DNA of 64,000 bases from Candidatus Bathyarchaeota archaeon (GTDB lineage: Archaea > Thermoproteota > Bathyarchaeia > Bathyarchaeales > Bathycorpusculaceae). The translations under genes were made by a program, and so were the position numbers. The first letter of the stretch is position 1, and the number at the start of each line of letters is the position of its first letter. The stretch lies in contig OY969706.1 in the NCBI GenBank assembly GCA_963702095.1, positions 1,984,001-2,048,000 of the forward strand, in the 5' to 3' direction. The notes beneath the pieces were generated by a model. That model searched no databases and was not told the DNA's origin. It saw only the letters and a list, made by a program, of their open reading frames with translations. Shown here piece after piece: positions 27,678 through 37,261 of this stretch.

Positions 27678-27693
27678 TATTAGGATCCTAATA
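27678..27693. repeat. perfect 16-bp palindrome TATTAGGATCCTAATA
   Basis: Self-complementary; at the left edge of the accessory island. Confidence 0.75.
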
Positions 27694-27871
27694 TGATTCC
27701 CAAAGTCCTGAATTTGCAAATTAGTGAAGCAATGAACAGCAAAATACAGTCGGGCACTAGGCATGACCCATTCGGACAACTTCCGCCCGCACCACAACTA
27801 ACCCCCAGCCAACCCTATAAGCAATTTTGCGCCACAAAACATCCTTCTAAAAAAACCTAAACAAACAGTTG

Positions 27872-28097
27872 CTACTCGAATTCGGAACGGGGCTTCTCCG
27901 TCTGCTTAATAATGTACTGAATAACAAAAAACCGAAACTTCCCCATGATGCGGAACCCACGTAGTCAAAACCCTGCCCCCAGCGCTCTTCTTAAAAGTCG
28001 TATGCTTACCCGAACGAACCTCAACAAAACCGTTCGACTGCAGAATCTCAATGACTTTTCGCTGAGGAAGCGGTCGAAGCTTGCGTATCAGGATCAT
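27872..28097 (-). pseudogene. hicA: HicA-family toxin, frameshifted in a T run near 27930
   Basis: RKLRPLPQRKVIEILQSNGF..RSGKH...VPHH; removing one T restores VFVIQYIIKQTEKPRSEFE*. Confidence 0.8.
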
Positions 28098-28245
28098 GGA
28101 GGTAATCGTTAATCAAATCCGCCATGTTCTCCTTAACCTCCACCTCAGACTTGCCTTGCGTAGCAATATCCAGCAGCGGGCAAGAAGCAACAAACCACTT
28201 CCCCTCACGCGCAATAATAATGGGAAACGGCAATTGAACAGACAC
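28048..28245 (-). CDS. hicB: HicB-family antitoxin (short)
   Basis: REGKWFVASCPLLDIATQGKSE.EVKENM; probable GTG start at 28245. Confidence 0.82.
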   Translation of the reverse strand: MSVQLPFPIIIAREGKWFVASCPLLDIATQGKSEVEVKENMADLINDYLHDPDTQASTASSAKSH

Positions 28246-28450
28246 ATCGAACACCCTTACAACAAACAACCACAATAAAGATATAAATTATTTCTAAAAA
28301 CCAGCGCCACTACAAAACCCAAACAGGAAAAAATGGATACTCTAACACGATTTAGGCTCTGGGGGCTACACCAGCCTTTCGTTTTAAGGGGCGTATAAAT
28401 GTCAATGCACTTCAACGGAAGACTTTCCAGCAGCGCCCCGCGCCCTTGGG

Positions 28451-28828
28451 CTAGATTATTTTGATGTTTGCCTCAGCCAGACACTCAAACCCCTTATCCC
28501 TCGTCAACAACACATCCCCACACGCAACCACAACCCCCGCAATCAACAAATCATTCTCATTAATCATCGTCCCCTTTCCCCGCAGCCTCCCAAAAAGCAA
28601 CGCAGCCTGCCTAGCCGCAGCCCCATCAAACGGGCAAACCCTAACGGCAGAGAGAAACTTTTCTGCAACCTCCCGCTTCAACACATCACCATGCTTGAGC
28701 AGTTCATACTCGGTTATGGCTGTGGTCTTAAGGGTATCCCGCTTCGCAAGACCCTTTATCATCGAGACCACCTTTTCGTCGCCAGCCAAAAAATCAATCA
28801 CAACGCTGGTATCAAGAAACGTCATCAA
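28451..28828 (-). CDS. vapC: VapC PIN-domain toxin
   Basis: FLDTSVVID, TEYEL, DLLIAG, LLTRD..F. Confidence 0.92.
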   Translation of the reverse strand: MMTFLDTSVVIDFLAGDEKVVSMIKGLAKRDTLKTTAITEYELLKHGDVLKREVAEKFLSAVRVCPFDGAAARQAALLFGRLRGKGTMINENDLLIAGVVVACGDVLLTRDKGFECLAEANIKII

Positions 28829-28829
28829 A

Positions 28830-29063
28830 TCACTTCAAGCTACGCCCGTAGTTAGCTTCCCGTTCCTCTGCGATCTTGGCTTTTAACTCTTCAAGAGCCT
28901 TCTTTTCACCCTTGAGAGCGCCCGCAAAAACCATGATGTCGGGTTTTTCTTCTTTGCCGCAAAGGCTTTCCTTTATGACCTCTGAGAAACTGCGTTTGCC
29001 TTTCTTCTCTAACAGTAACTCGTACACTTCGTTTGAAACGGAAATTTGTCTAGCCAATTTCAT
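28830..29063 (-). CDS. vapB: VapB-type antitoxin (DUF217-like)
   Basis: ISVSNEVYELL..KKGKRSFSEVI, FAG; directly upstream of vapC. Confidence 0.85.
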   Translation of the reverse strand: MKLARQISVSNEVYELLLEKKGKRSFSEVIKESLCGKEEKPDIMVFAGALKGEKKALEELKAKIAEEREANYGRSLK

Positions 29064-29178
29064 CAACACTCTTTCAAGCATATACATATGTATACATATC
29101 GATAAAAATGCTTCTGCTCAAGAAATAAGGGCAAACCAAAACCGCTTAACAACCTTCACAAAAAACCCTGTGCGGCCA

Positions 29179-29280
29179 TCACTTTTTGCCGCCCTTCTTC
29201 GCACAAGCACTACTACAATACTTCGACTTCGCATCAAACGTAGTACAGGTCTTCTTACAGACTGAACATTTCTTTTCCAT
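29179..29280 (-). CDS. 33-aa zinc-finger microprotein (CxxC...YCSxxC), not in ORF track
   Basis: MEKKCSVCKKTCTTFDAKSKYCSSACAKKGGKK; GGAGGAGGG upstream. Confidence 0.72.
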   Translation of the reverse strand: MEKKCSVCKKTCTTFDAKSKYCSSACAKKGGKK

Positions 29281-29608
29281 AACATTCCCTCCTCCATATT
29301 GCGGTTTTAATAAATTAATATTTTACCCAAATCACGGTGACTTCTGCTGCTCTCAAGAGACCCCCCTCCCCCCTATAAAAAGGCGAAACAGGGCATACGG
29401 AAAGATCGGAGTGACTTTCTAAGGCGGGAGAGCGAACACAAACTGTCAAAAATTGACTAAAGTATTACACACGAAGCCTAAAGGGCGAGTAGTCGGTCGG
29501 ACAGTCTGTCAATTTTAGTAGGATTAAAGGGGAAGTAAACGCAAAAACTAAAAGCTGTAACAATAAACATTTGCAGAAAGACTACCAAATAGCATGAGTG
29601 AATAGTCT

Positions 29609-30385
29609 GTGCGAACAGAACACCATCATCCAGTATTCAAAGAGCTTGATGCAAAAATAAAAATTTGGCATTATATGAGTTTTGCTAAATACGTCTCACT
29701 TCTCGATAGAAAGGCATTACACTTTTCGAGAGTAGACTGTTTTAAAGACGACCCACTTGAGGGTGCCTTGCCAGAGCATATATTTGACCCAATTCTTGAA
29801 GCACAAGCTACAGAAGAACAACGGCGCATTCTTAAAATTAACAAAGAAAGGCTCAAAACAGGTAATGAATTGACTATGAGGGAGCTAGTTATAAACTGCT
29901 GGCACATTGATGAATGTGCATCTGATTATATGTGGACACAATTCTTGAAATGCGAGGAAGGGGTTGCCATCCAATCAACTTTTAAACGGCTCTCAGATAC
30001 TTTTGCCAACTATAACGAAAATGACGTGTACATTGGTGCGATAGATTACATTGACCACGAAAAGGACACTATACCGTGGGACAATGCATTTTATCCGTTT
30101 GTTCATAAAAATAGAAACAAGTTTGAACACGAAAAAGAGCTAAGAGTCGTTTTGTCAAAAAATATTAGATTGGAACTTGCCAAAGCCCAAGAAAGAGGCT
30201 ATGACAAAATAGTGGATACTATTGAATTTCCAGTTAATGGTATAGAGGTTCAAATTGATTTACAAACATTGATTGAAAAAGTAGTCGTTTCTCCAAAAGC
30301 TGGAAAATGGTTTGAAGAAGTAGTACAGTCAGTAACAAAGAAATATGGTCTAAATAAAGCAGTAATCAAATCTTTAGCTACTTAA
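29609..30385 (+). CDS. DUF2971-like protein
   Basis: WHYM, DPLEG, INCWH, MW, GVAIQS, IDY, FEHEKELR; AT-rich. Confidence 0.75.
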   Translation: MRTEHHHPVFKELDAKIKIWHYMSFAKYVSLLDRKALHFSRVDCFKDDPLEGALPEHIFDPILEAQATEEQRRILKINKERLKTGNELTMRELVINCWHIDECASDYMWTQFLKCEEGVAIQSTFKRLSDTFANYNENDVYIGAIDYIDHEKDTIPWDNAFYPFVHKNRNKFEHEKELRVVLSKNIRLELAKAQERGYDKIVDTIEFPVNGIEVQIDLQTLIEKVVVSPKAGKWFEEVVQSVTKKYGLNKAVIKSLAT

Positions 30386-30499
30386 CGCTTCAACCTCCCC
30401 TACTTCCGCCCATGTACAATTTTAATTTTTTCAAAAAGTGACTTCTAAAAAACGCTAATCCGAATCGTTCAAAAATCTTAAATCTGCCAACAAGCAGAA

Positions 30500-30841
30500 T
30501 TGGCTAATATGAATCAAAATAGCTCTAAAAATCAAATGCGTTTGGTCTTTTGGTTTGCTATATTTCCTCCGTTCATTTTAGGGCTATATCCCTTTGTTGT
30601 CAACACCGAGTACGTCGTTACAATTGCCAATGGCTTAGTGACGGCACAAAGTATACTTGTCGCTCTCGCTATTTTTTCAATTGATAGAGGCAATAAAAGT
30701 AAACGTTCTTTACACCTTTTTGCACTTTTGCTTCTTTTGCTTGTTGATGTAGTTGGTGGTTATCAGTTAATTTTAGCTAACGAATTGTTGGTGGCGGCTA
30801 AAGTGTTCTTAGAGTGTTTATTGTTTCATGCTGGTTTTTGA
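30500..30841 (+). CDS. hypothetical membrane protein
   Basis: Three to four hydrophobic segments; AT-rich. Confidence 0.5.
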   Translation: MANMNQNSSKNQMRLVFWFAIFPPFILGLYPFVVNTEYVVTIANGLVTAQSILVALAIFSIDRGNKSKRSLHLFALLLLLLVDVVGGYQLILANELLVAAKVFLECLLFHAGF

Positions 30842-30973
30842 TGGACTTGTGGATGACACAGTAAGTTATTCATATTTTCATGTTTACCACTCTTGAGCAT
30901 ATTCACTAAGGTTTGATTTACTTAGGAACTAAGTATATGACATAATCCCACTTTACCAAAAACTTAAATCAAA

Positions 30974-31480
30974 ATGCATAAAATAGGGCAAATGAGGATG
31001 ATTGAACTGTCTGAAGAGAAGAAAGGAACCCTTAACATTCTGATAGGTTTCAAAACAAGTAATGCTGATTGTGGAACGTTTAATCCATGGAATGCCTATG
31101 CCCTCAAAAGTATGGGTTACACAGGAGGCGCAGTAGACCCAAAAAATTGGTCATACAATGTGCGAGGTGATTTATATGAAGTCCCAGACATAGCTCGCAA
31201 AAACCATGAATGTGGTGGCAGCGTAAACGTTTGCGGATTAGACCCTACAGGCTGTAGCATTGCGTTATCGCATGTTTTTTACATTGACGAAACTGGTCAT
31301 GGTGAAAAACCTTACCATTGGAATCACGAGATTTATACTAGAAAAGGGGATGGAGAATGGGTTCTGTTCGATAAAAAAATGACAGAGAATCACATAATTC
31401 CGATTTCAGAGTGGATTGAAATATCAGTAAAAGAATCCGATGGAAACGTTGTGGCAAAAAAAGTTAATAGAAACAAATAA
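30974..31480 (+). CDS. hypothetical protein
   Basis: 168-aa ORF in the AT-rich island. Confidence 0.6.
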   Translation: MHKIGQMRMIELSEEKKGTLNILIGFKTSNADCGTFNPWNAYALKSMGYTGGAVDPKNWSYNVRGDLYEVPDIARKNHECGGSVNVCGLDPTGCSIALSHVFYIDETGHGEKPYHWNHEIYTRKGDGEWVLFDKKMTENHIIPISEWIEISVKESDGNVVAKKVNRNK

Positions 31481-31708
31481 AACCTCCGCGGTCTAAAAAC
31501 ATATTCCAACACGTAAGCAGTTCTAAAAAAAATAAACCATCTTTTCAAAACGGTTTGGAATTAAAAAGAATTTTACAACAACTTCAAAAAGCCGTAACAA
31601 GCTTCCAATCCGCTTTTTCTGAAAGCGATCAAATAAACGACCATGCCTAAAACAGAATTTGCAGAATTCATCTTTCAGATGTCTTGTCACAGTATTGCGA
31701 AGCAAGCG

Positions 31709-31987
31709 TTAAGGTCCAAGTATTTTTTCTATCTCCGCTAAATGCTCCGCTACCTTTTTTCCCCTATCACTCAAGGAATATTTAGGTGCGCCTGACGACA
31801 TGTCGATGTCTAAAAGCCCGTTTTCGTCTAGGAATTGTTTTGCCGAGTAGAAAGCCCTCTGACCTGAAGCAGAACTTTTTAGAATTTTTGTGGTTTTTGA
31901 GTTTGGATGCTTGTAGAGATATAAAATTAGCCTGTTAACAGCAGTTAATTCATCGAATTCGTCGAATTTCATGCCGATTTCAGCCAT
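31709..31987 (-). CDS. winged-helix DNA-binding protein
   Basis: RLILYL...FLDENGLL...YSLSDRGKKVAEHL. Confidence 0.75.
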   Translation of the reverse strand: MAEIGMKFDEFDELTAVNRLILYLYKHPNSKTTKILKSSASGQRAFYSAKQFLDENGLLDIDMSSGAPKYSLSDRGKKVAEHLAEIEKILGP

Positions 31988-32034
31988 TACAAGTTTATCG
32001 CAACCTTGTTCTTTTTGACTATTATCTTTTTGTA

Positions 32035-32099
32035 TGCATAGTGAGTATGCAATATGCACAAGACTTATATGTGAAAACGTGTGCAAATTGAATATGCAC
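32035..32099. promoter_or_regulatory. putative operator: TGCATA-N5-TATGCA and GTGCAAATT-G-AATATGCAC inverted repeats
   Basis: Between the divergent wHTH and nuclease-like genes; AATATGCACA at 32051 and 32091. Confidence 0.6.
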
Positions 32100-32124
32100 A
32101 AAACACATTAAAAATGGTGATACC

Positions 32125-32607
32125 TTGAAAAGAGAAAAAACTAACCCACTCCCACAGGGGGATATAAAAAACTTAATCGACAAGTTGCCTGAAGAACTCA
32201 GGGCAAAATACAAAACGCAAGCGTGTGTGTGTTGTGATGTTGTTGAGTGTTTGAAGGTTGTGGCGGCGTTGAAGTTGTGGTGTGATCGTGGTTATCGGGA
32301 GGTGGAGTTTAGTGCGCCGTTGACGTGGGGTAGGAAAAAGTTTTTTGTTGATGTTTTGGCGAGGAAGGGGGATGGTGTGGTTGGGGTTGAGTGTATGCCG
32401 AGTCTCAATTTGGGGTGGTTGCGTGGGCGTATGGCGTTGTTGCGTCGCTGTTTGGGTCCAGACACTTATTTTGTTATTGTTTTTCCCTCAACGGTGGATA
32501 AGCGGGTTGATAAGGCGGCTTTTTTAGCTGACGAAGTATGGGTCACCAGCGAGGACAACGACAAGGTGGCACGCACGATGTTTGTCTCGGTCTGCCATAA
32601 AGGATGA
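32125..32607 (+). CDS. PD-(D/E)XK nuclease-fold-like hypothetical protein
   Basis: GYREVEF...VDVLARK...VGVEC...ADEVW. Confidence 0.55.
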   Translation: MKREKTNPLPQGDIKNLIDKLPEELRAKYKTQACVCCDVVECLKVVAALKLWCDRGYREVEFSAPLTWGRKKFFVDVLARKGDGVVGVECMPSLNLGWLRGRMALLRRCLGPDTYFVIVFPSTVDKRVDKAAFLADEVWVTSEDNDKVARTMFVSVCHKG

Positions 32608-32632
32608 AAATGCCAAACGCAGTCAAGCCTGT

Positions 32633-33262
32633 TTAGGTTAGGAGGTAGCTGCTGCCGAAGTAGCCCACATTCCTTGTCGCTGCTGAAGCTGTCTGTGAGC
32701 TGATGCAGACTTTGCCGATAAGCGACATCAACTGGTAGGAGGCTTTGAGGGCTAAGTTGAGGTTGTTGTTGGTTAAGAATTTGGCTTCGATGTTTAGTGC
32801 GGTGCCCTGTATGTTAGCGGCGACTTGTATTCCGCCATCCTCAGTGATCCACTTCAAGGTGACGCCTTGGTTGTTCTCGGATATGCCTAGCCAGCGGAGC
32901 ATGCCGAACCATTTGCCACGGAGCTGTAAAATCAGCTGTTGGGTCATCAAGTCCGAGGGCAGATAGGTCTGTATAAGTGTCGTCGATGGGGTTTCGGTAC
33001 GGGGCGGGGTGAGTTTGACTTCTGTGATTTTTGGGGTAACCCGGTAGCCTTGGGGACCCTTTTTTATGATGCCTTCCTCTTCGAGGTGGCCCAGGATGCG
33101 GCTGAGGGTTTCGGGGTGTAGTCCTGTTCTGCGTTTCAGTCCGTCGAAGGTGAAGGTGGCGAAGTCTTCGGTTTCAATCAGTGCCAACACGTCTACGTCG
33201 CGTTCGCTAAGGGAGTAGTCGGTTGCTGCATTTTGCAGATTAACGTTTAGAATAGGTACCAT
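32633..33262 (-). CDS. winged-helix domain hypothetical protein
   Basis: FTFDGLKRRTGLHPETLSRILGHLEEEG. Confidence 0.7.
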   Translation of the reverse strand: MVPILNVNLQNAATDYSLSERDVDVLALIETEDFATFTFDGLKRRTGLHPETLSRILGHLEEEGIIKKGPQGYRVTPKITEVKLTPPRTETPSTTLIQTYLPSDLMTQQLILQLRGKWFGMLRWLGISENNQGVTLKWITEDGGIQVAANIQGTALNIEAKFLTNNNLNLALKASYQLMSLIGKVCISSQTASAATRNVGYFGSSYLLT

Positions 33263-33798
33263 TATTGTATGGATGGCTGGGATGTTGCTTTTGAAGGTTA
33301 CCCACATTACCCAGGATTATCCATGGAAAAACAGGATTAAATTAAAAACTAATTGCTCAGCGAACCGAACGTCCAGCAATGGGCAAACTAGGAATCCAAC
33401 TCGGGGATACAATGGCTGCTGGGCGTTGATTCGCCGAGCCTTACTCGCTTTTGGCTTTGCGATTCTCGGCAAACTATATGGTTGGTTGAGGGCTCTTAAG
33501 AGTTTCACAAATAATCTATATAGAGAAAAGATTCTACATAGGAATTTCTTAACTTACTCCCATGAGAAAGTATAGTTGAGAGCGTGAATAGAACTTGAAG
33601 GTTAAATGCATAGGCTGCGACCATAAATTCGAGGTTTATCCTGAGAATTTTTCTAACCACGAAATAATTTTTTGTCCAGTATGCGGTTTAGACCATGAAG
33701 TAATCAAGAAAACCAGCCATGCCATAGTGGCGTCCCCCATTTTATAGCTGACAACGCAAGTCTTAAGGCTTTTAAACTCAAAATGCTAGTCTTGAGTT

Positions 33799-34326
33799 AT
33801 GAAAGAAGTCGAAGCCAAAATCTTAGAAATAAACAAAGAAAAAACCGTCAAAAACCTCACAGCATCCGGAGCGTCAAGAGTTTTTGACGGCGAAATATTA
33901 ACCCTCTTTCTAGACTTCCCCGACAATCGAATCCACAAAAGAAGAGACGTTCTGAGGCTAAGAAAAGAGGGAGACAAATCAGAGTTAACATACAAAAAAA
34001 TTGAAGAGAACAAAGCGGTTAAGCAAGCGCAAGAATACTCCGTGGAAATCTCCGACATAGAAACAACCCAAAATATTCTACAGAACCTCGGGTTGGGGGT
34101 GACACAGAAAATGGAGAAACATAGGCTCAGCTATAAAATAGGGCACGTCCGCTTTGACATTGACCGCTATACTGGTGAATACCGATTTATTCCCGAATTT
34201 CTTGAGATTGAAGGGCCCGAGGAGGATATCAAAAAGTACGCCAAGGTTTTGGGTTTCCAAGAAAAGGATTGTTTGCCTTGGTCCACAGACGAATTAATCC
34301 GTCATTATCAAGGTAAAAGGGTTTAG
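33799..34326 (+). CDS. CYTH-domain protein (class IV adenylate cyclase / triphosphatase family)
   Basis: EVEAK, LRLR, LTYK, KHR, FDID, FLEIE. Confidence 0.9.
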   Translation: MKEVEAKILEINKEKTVKNLTASGASRVFDGEILTLFLDFPDNRIHKRRDVLRLRKEGDKSELTYKKIEENKAVKQAQEYSVEISDIETTQNILQNLGLGVTQKMEKHRLSYKIGHVRFDIDRYTGEYRFIPEFLEIEGPEEDIKKYAKVLGFQEKDCLPWSTDELIRHYQGKRV

Positions 34327-34784
34327 CGTTTGGCTTTGGGCGACTTGGGTTTGCGTGCTGGTGGTGATTTAACGATTTTTGCTGCTTGTTTAGGTTTAGC
34401 AGGTGACTTCTTAGAAGTATTCCACTTTGGGTATTCGCCGTGCTCTTTTTTGAAGTTCTCAAGCAGTTGTTCCTGAGTGGTCTTGGGTTTGTCGCTTAGC
34501 ATCCAGCCGACTGCAACCTTTTCTATGAAGCCGTCGTCAAAAAGCAGGGAGTGGATTTTCCTGGTTGTTTTTCCGCCGTATCCAGCTAAGTAGCCGCCGA
34601 AGACTCTTTTTGTGGGTTTTTTGGATTTGCCGATGAAGAGTATGTCGGAGGATGGTTTGTCACTGACTGTAGAATCGATTAGCACTATAACGCTGTTTTT
34701 GTTGTAGGGCAGGCTTGTGATTGGTAGGCCTTTGAGGGGTAAGAATTCGGTGAAGCCATTTTCCTTTAGGTTCTGGGAGTTCAT
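34323..34784 (-). CDS. GIY-YIG-like hypothetical protein with a Lys-rich tail
   Basis: ILFIGKS..R, EQLLENFKKEHGEYPKWN. Confidence 0.55.
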   Translation of the reverse strand: MNSQNLKENGFTEFLPLKGLPITSLPYNKNSVIVLIDSTVSDKPSSDILFIGKSKKPTKRVFGGYLAGYGGKTTRKIHSLLFDDGFIEKVAVGWMLSDKPKTTQEQLLENFKKEHGEYPKWNTSKKSPAKPKQAAKIVKSPPARKPKSPKAKR

Positions 34785-35048
34785 GTATTTGAGTAGGCGA
34801 ATGCCAGAATTTAACCGTTACTATATTAAATATATTGCACTATAGATTTTATGTTCAAAGGACTTAACCATCACATGCGACTTAACTCGTTCACGGTGTT
34901 CTTCAGTGAACAAGAAAGTACCGCTCTTCAAATTCGAAAGCTTTACAGTCGCCCGCCCTAAATGCAGAGACATAAGCGATTTGCCAAGGAAGCACAACCG
35001 CTGAATCCCTTCGAGTCTACGCCCACAACTTATTATTTACACGAGTCA

Positions 35049-35056
35049 CTATATAG
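35049..35056. promoter_or_regulatory. CTATATAG palindrome upstream of ppk1 (candidate Pho box)
   Basis: Also seen at 33516, 48513 and 49944, all intergenic. Confidence 0.5.
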
Positions 35057-35122
35057 TATATTGCGCTCATTGTCTTTCGGTAAAATAGATGCGCCGAAGG
35101 AGAGGGCTCGGTAGGGTAAGGT

Positions 35123-37261
35123 TTGTCGACTAAATCCAATTTCTATACTGAAGAAAACAGTGTTCTGCCCCAAGAGATTAACCTAGATAACCCAAGGTAC
35201 TACATTAATAGGGAACTGAGTTGGGTAAGATTCAACGCCCGCATCCTAGAAGAAGCACGTGATGAATGGCACCCCGTACTTGAGAGAATCAAATTCATCG
35301 CTATATGCGGTAGCAACCTTGACGAGTTTTTCATGACAAGAGTCGCCAAGTTGATAAAGAAAAATAACAAGCGCTCTGAGGAAAAATCCATGGACGACAC
35401 GACCGCTATGGAACAGATAAATGCCACCCGCCAAGAGATTATTCCTTTGCTTGTGAAGCATGCGGATTGCTGGAAAAACGAGCTTGTGCCTGCTCTATCG
35501 AAAGAGGAGATATTTATTCGGCAGTTTAGCGAGTTGCCCGATAGCTCCAAAGAAAGTTTGCGGGAGTATTTTAAAACCGCTATCTTACCTGAAATGCAGG
35601 TTTACAAACCCGATTTTGACAGCGCATGTATAGAGAATCTACGGGTCTGCATATGCGTTGTCGGCTTTGGAGAGGATTCTTATAGGATTGTTGAGGTTCC
35701 AACTGAACATGTTGGCCGCTTAATTGGGTTTCCTCAAAGAACCTACAGGCAGGTTTTAGATGGCGAATTAGAGTTTGTATTTCTTGAAGACCTCATTTGT
35801 AATTGTTTAGACCTTGTTTTTCCAAACGAAAAAAGCATAGCAGGGTATCCTTTTCGGTTGACCCGTAACGGCGAGATAGAAATTCTTATGGATGAATCCT
35901 CTGACTTCATGAGTTCCATAAAGAAGGGGGTTTCCAGAAGGAAAACAGGGTTCCCCACCAGACTTGAATTCGACAAAAGAACGCCCTCAAAAGTCAGGGA
36001 AACAATAACAGCTCACTTTAATTTACCACCGTACTTGATCTACGAGTTTGATGGACCACTAGGGCTTGTAGATTTATGGCAGCTACATAAGGTGAATCGC
36101 CCGGATTTGAAGGACAAAACGTTTCTTCCCTCAATTCTGCCGCTGCTGACTCCCAACGAGAACCTGTTTCAAACTATAGCGAAAAGGGATATTGTCCTCT
36201 ATCATCCCTATGATGGGTTTGAAGTAATCATCGACCTGCTCAAGGAAGCAGCACAGGATAGGGGGGTTGAAAAAATATTCATCACAATGTATCGCATGGA
36301 CCATAAATCCCCCATCGTTGATGCACTCATAGATGCAGTGAGAAACGGCAAAAAAGTAACCGCTATAGTTGAGTTGAAGGCAAAGTTTGATGAAGAAAAC
36401 AATATTTTGCTGGTTTCTAAGTTTAGGGCGGCAGGCATCAACGTGGTTTACAATTTCCCTAACCTGAAAGTCCACGCTAAACTCTGTCTTATAGTTAGGA
36501 AAGAAAAGAAGAACATCGTCAGGTATTCACATATAGGGTCAGGCAACTATAACGCGGTAACCGCAAAAATCTACGGCGACATCGGGTACTTAACAGCTAA
36601 CCATGACGTTGGAGTGGAGTTGGATGAGCTCTTCCACATATTGATTAATGGATTACAGGAAAAAGAGTTCAAGCATTTACTTGTTGCCCCAAGGTCTCTT
36701 AAAAATGAAATTCTTAGACGAATCGATAGGGAAATCGAGGTACACCGCAAAACCGGCAAAGGCTACCTCGCATTTAAACTGAACAACTTAGAAGAGAAAG
36801 ATATCATAAAAGCGCTCTATAGGGCATCTATGGCGGGAATTAAAGTGGACCTTAACGTGAGGGCTCTTTGCTGTCTACGACCAGGAATCAAAGGAGTCAG
36901 CGATAATATCTCGGTGATCTCCATTGTGGGCCGTTTCTTGGAGCATGCCCGCATGTACTTTTTCCAGAACGGCTACGACCATGAACTCTTAATCGGCAGT
37001 TCAGATATGATGTTCCGCAACCTCAACGAACGAGTGGAAGTTCTCTTTAGCGTTCCTGACCCCCAGATTCGATGCGCAATCCTCGAGGACATGCTGAAGA
37101 TACACCTCAAAGATAACGTTAAAGCCAGAAAGCTCCTTTCTGATGGAACTTACGAAAAGGTTTTACCCAAAGAAGGCGAAAAAGGTCTAAATTCTCAGTT
37201 CTGGCTAATTCAAAACCGAGGCATCTGGCATGAATACGCAGCCTACATCTCAGATATGTGA
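35123..37261 (+). CDS. ppk1: polyphosphate kinase 1
   Basis: NRELSW..FN.R, NLDEFFMTRV, HPYD, VELKAKFDE, LKVHAK, GNYN, GRFLEH, RNLNERVE. Confidence 0.96.
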   Translation: MSTKSNFYTEENSVLPQEINLDNPRYYINRELSWVRFNARILEEARDEWHPVLERIKFIAICGSNLDEFFMTRVAKLIKKNNKRSEEKSMDDTTAMEQINATRQEIIPLLVKHADCWKNELVPALSKEEIFIRQFSELPDSSKESLREYFKTAILPEMQVYKPDFDSACIENLRVCICVVGFGEDSYRIVEVPTEHVGRLIGFPQRTYRQVLDGELEFVFLEDLICNCLDLVFPNEKSIAGYPFRLTRNGEIEILMDESSDFMSSIKKGVSRRKTGFPTRLEFDKRTPSKVRETITAHFNLPPYLIYEFDGPLGLVDLWQLHKVNRPDLKDKTFLPSILPLLTPNENLFQTIAKRDIVLYHPYDGFEVIIDLLKEAAQDRGVEKIFITMYRMDHKSPIVDALIDAVRNGKKVTAIVELKAKFDEENNILLVSKFRAAGINVVYNFPNLKVHAKLCLIVRKEKKNIVRYSHIGSGNYNAVTAKIYGDIGYLTANHDVGVELDELFHILINGLQEKEFKHLLVAPRSLKNEILRRIDREIEVHRKTGKGYLAFKLNNLEEKDIIKALYRASMAGIKVDLNVRALCCLRPGIKGVSDNISVISIVGRFLEHARMYFFQNGYDHELLIGSSDMMFRNLNERVEVLFSVPDPQIRCAILEDMLKIHLKDNVKARKLLSDGTYEKVLPKEGEKGLNSQFWLIQNRGIWHEYAAYISDM

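Noticed and set aside
27779-30411. ACTTCCGCCC at 27779 and 30402; the first is followed by GCACCA, like a tRNA 3' end
   Set aside because: No cloverleaf or T-loop; only 10 nt shared, in inconsistent orientation relative to genes
30380-30475. Possible integron attC (ACTTAAC over the DUF2971 stop)
   Set aside because: No matching GTTRRRY or complementary stem found; no integrase in the window
33433-33470. GCCGAG...CTCGGC hairpin in a long intergenic region
   Set aside because: Single hairpin with no recognisable RNA family features
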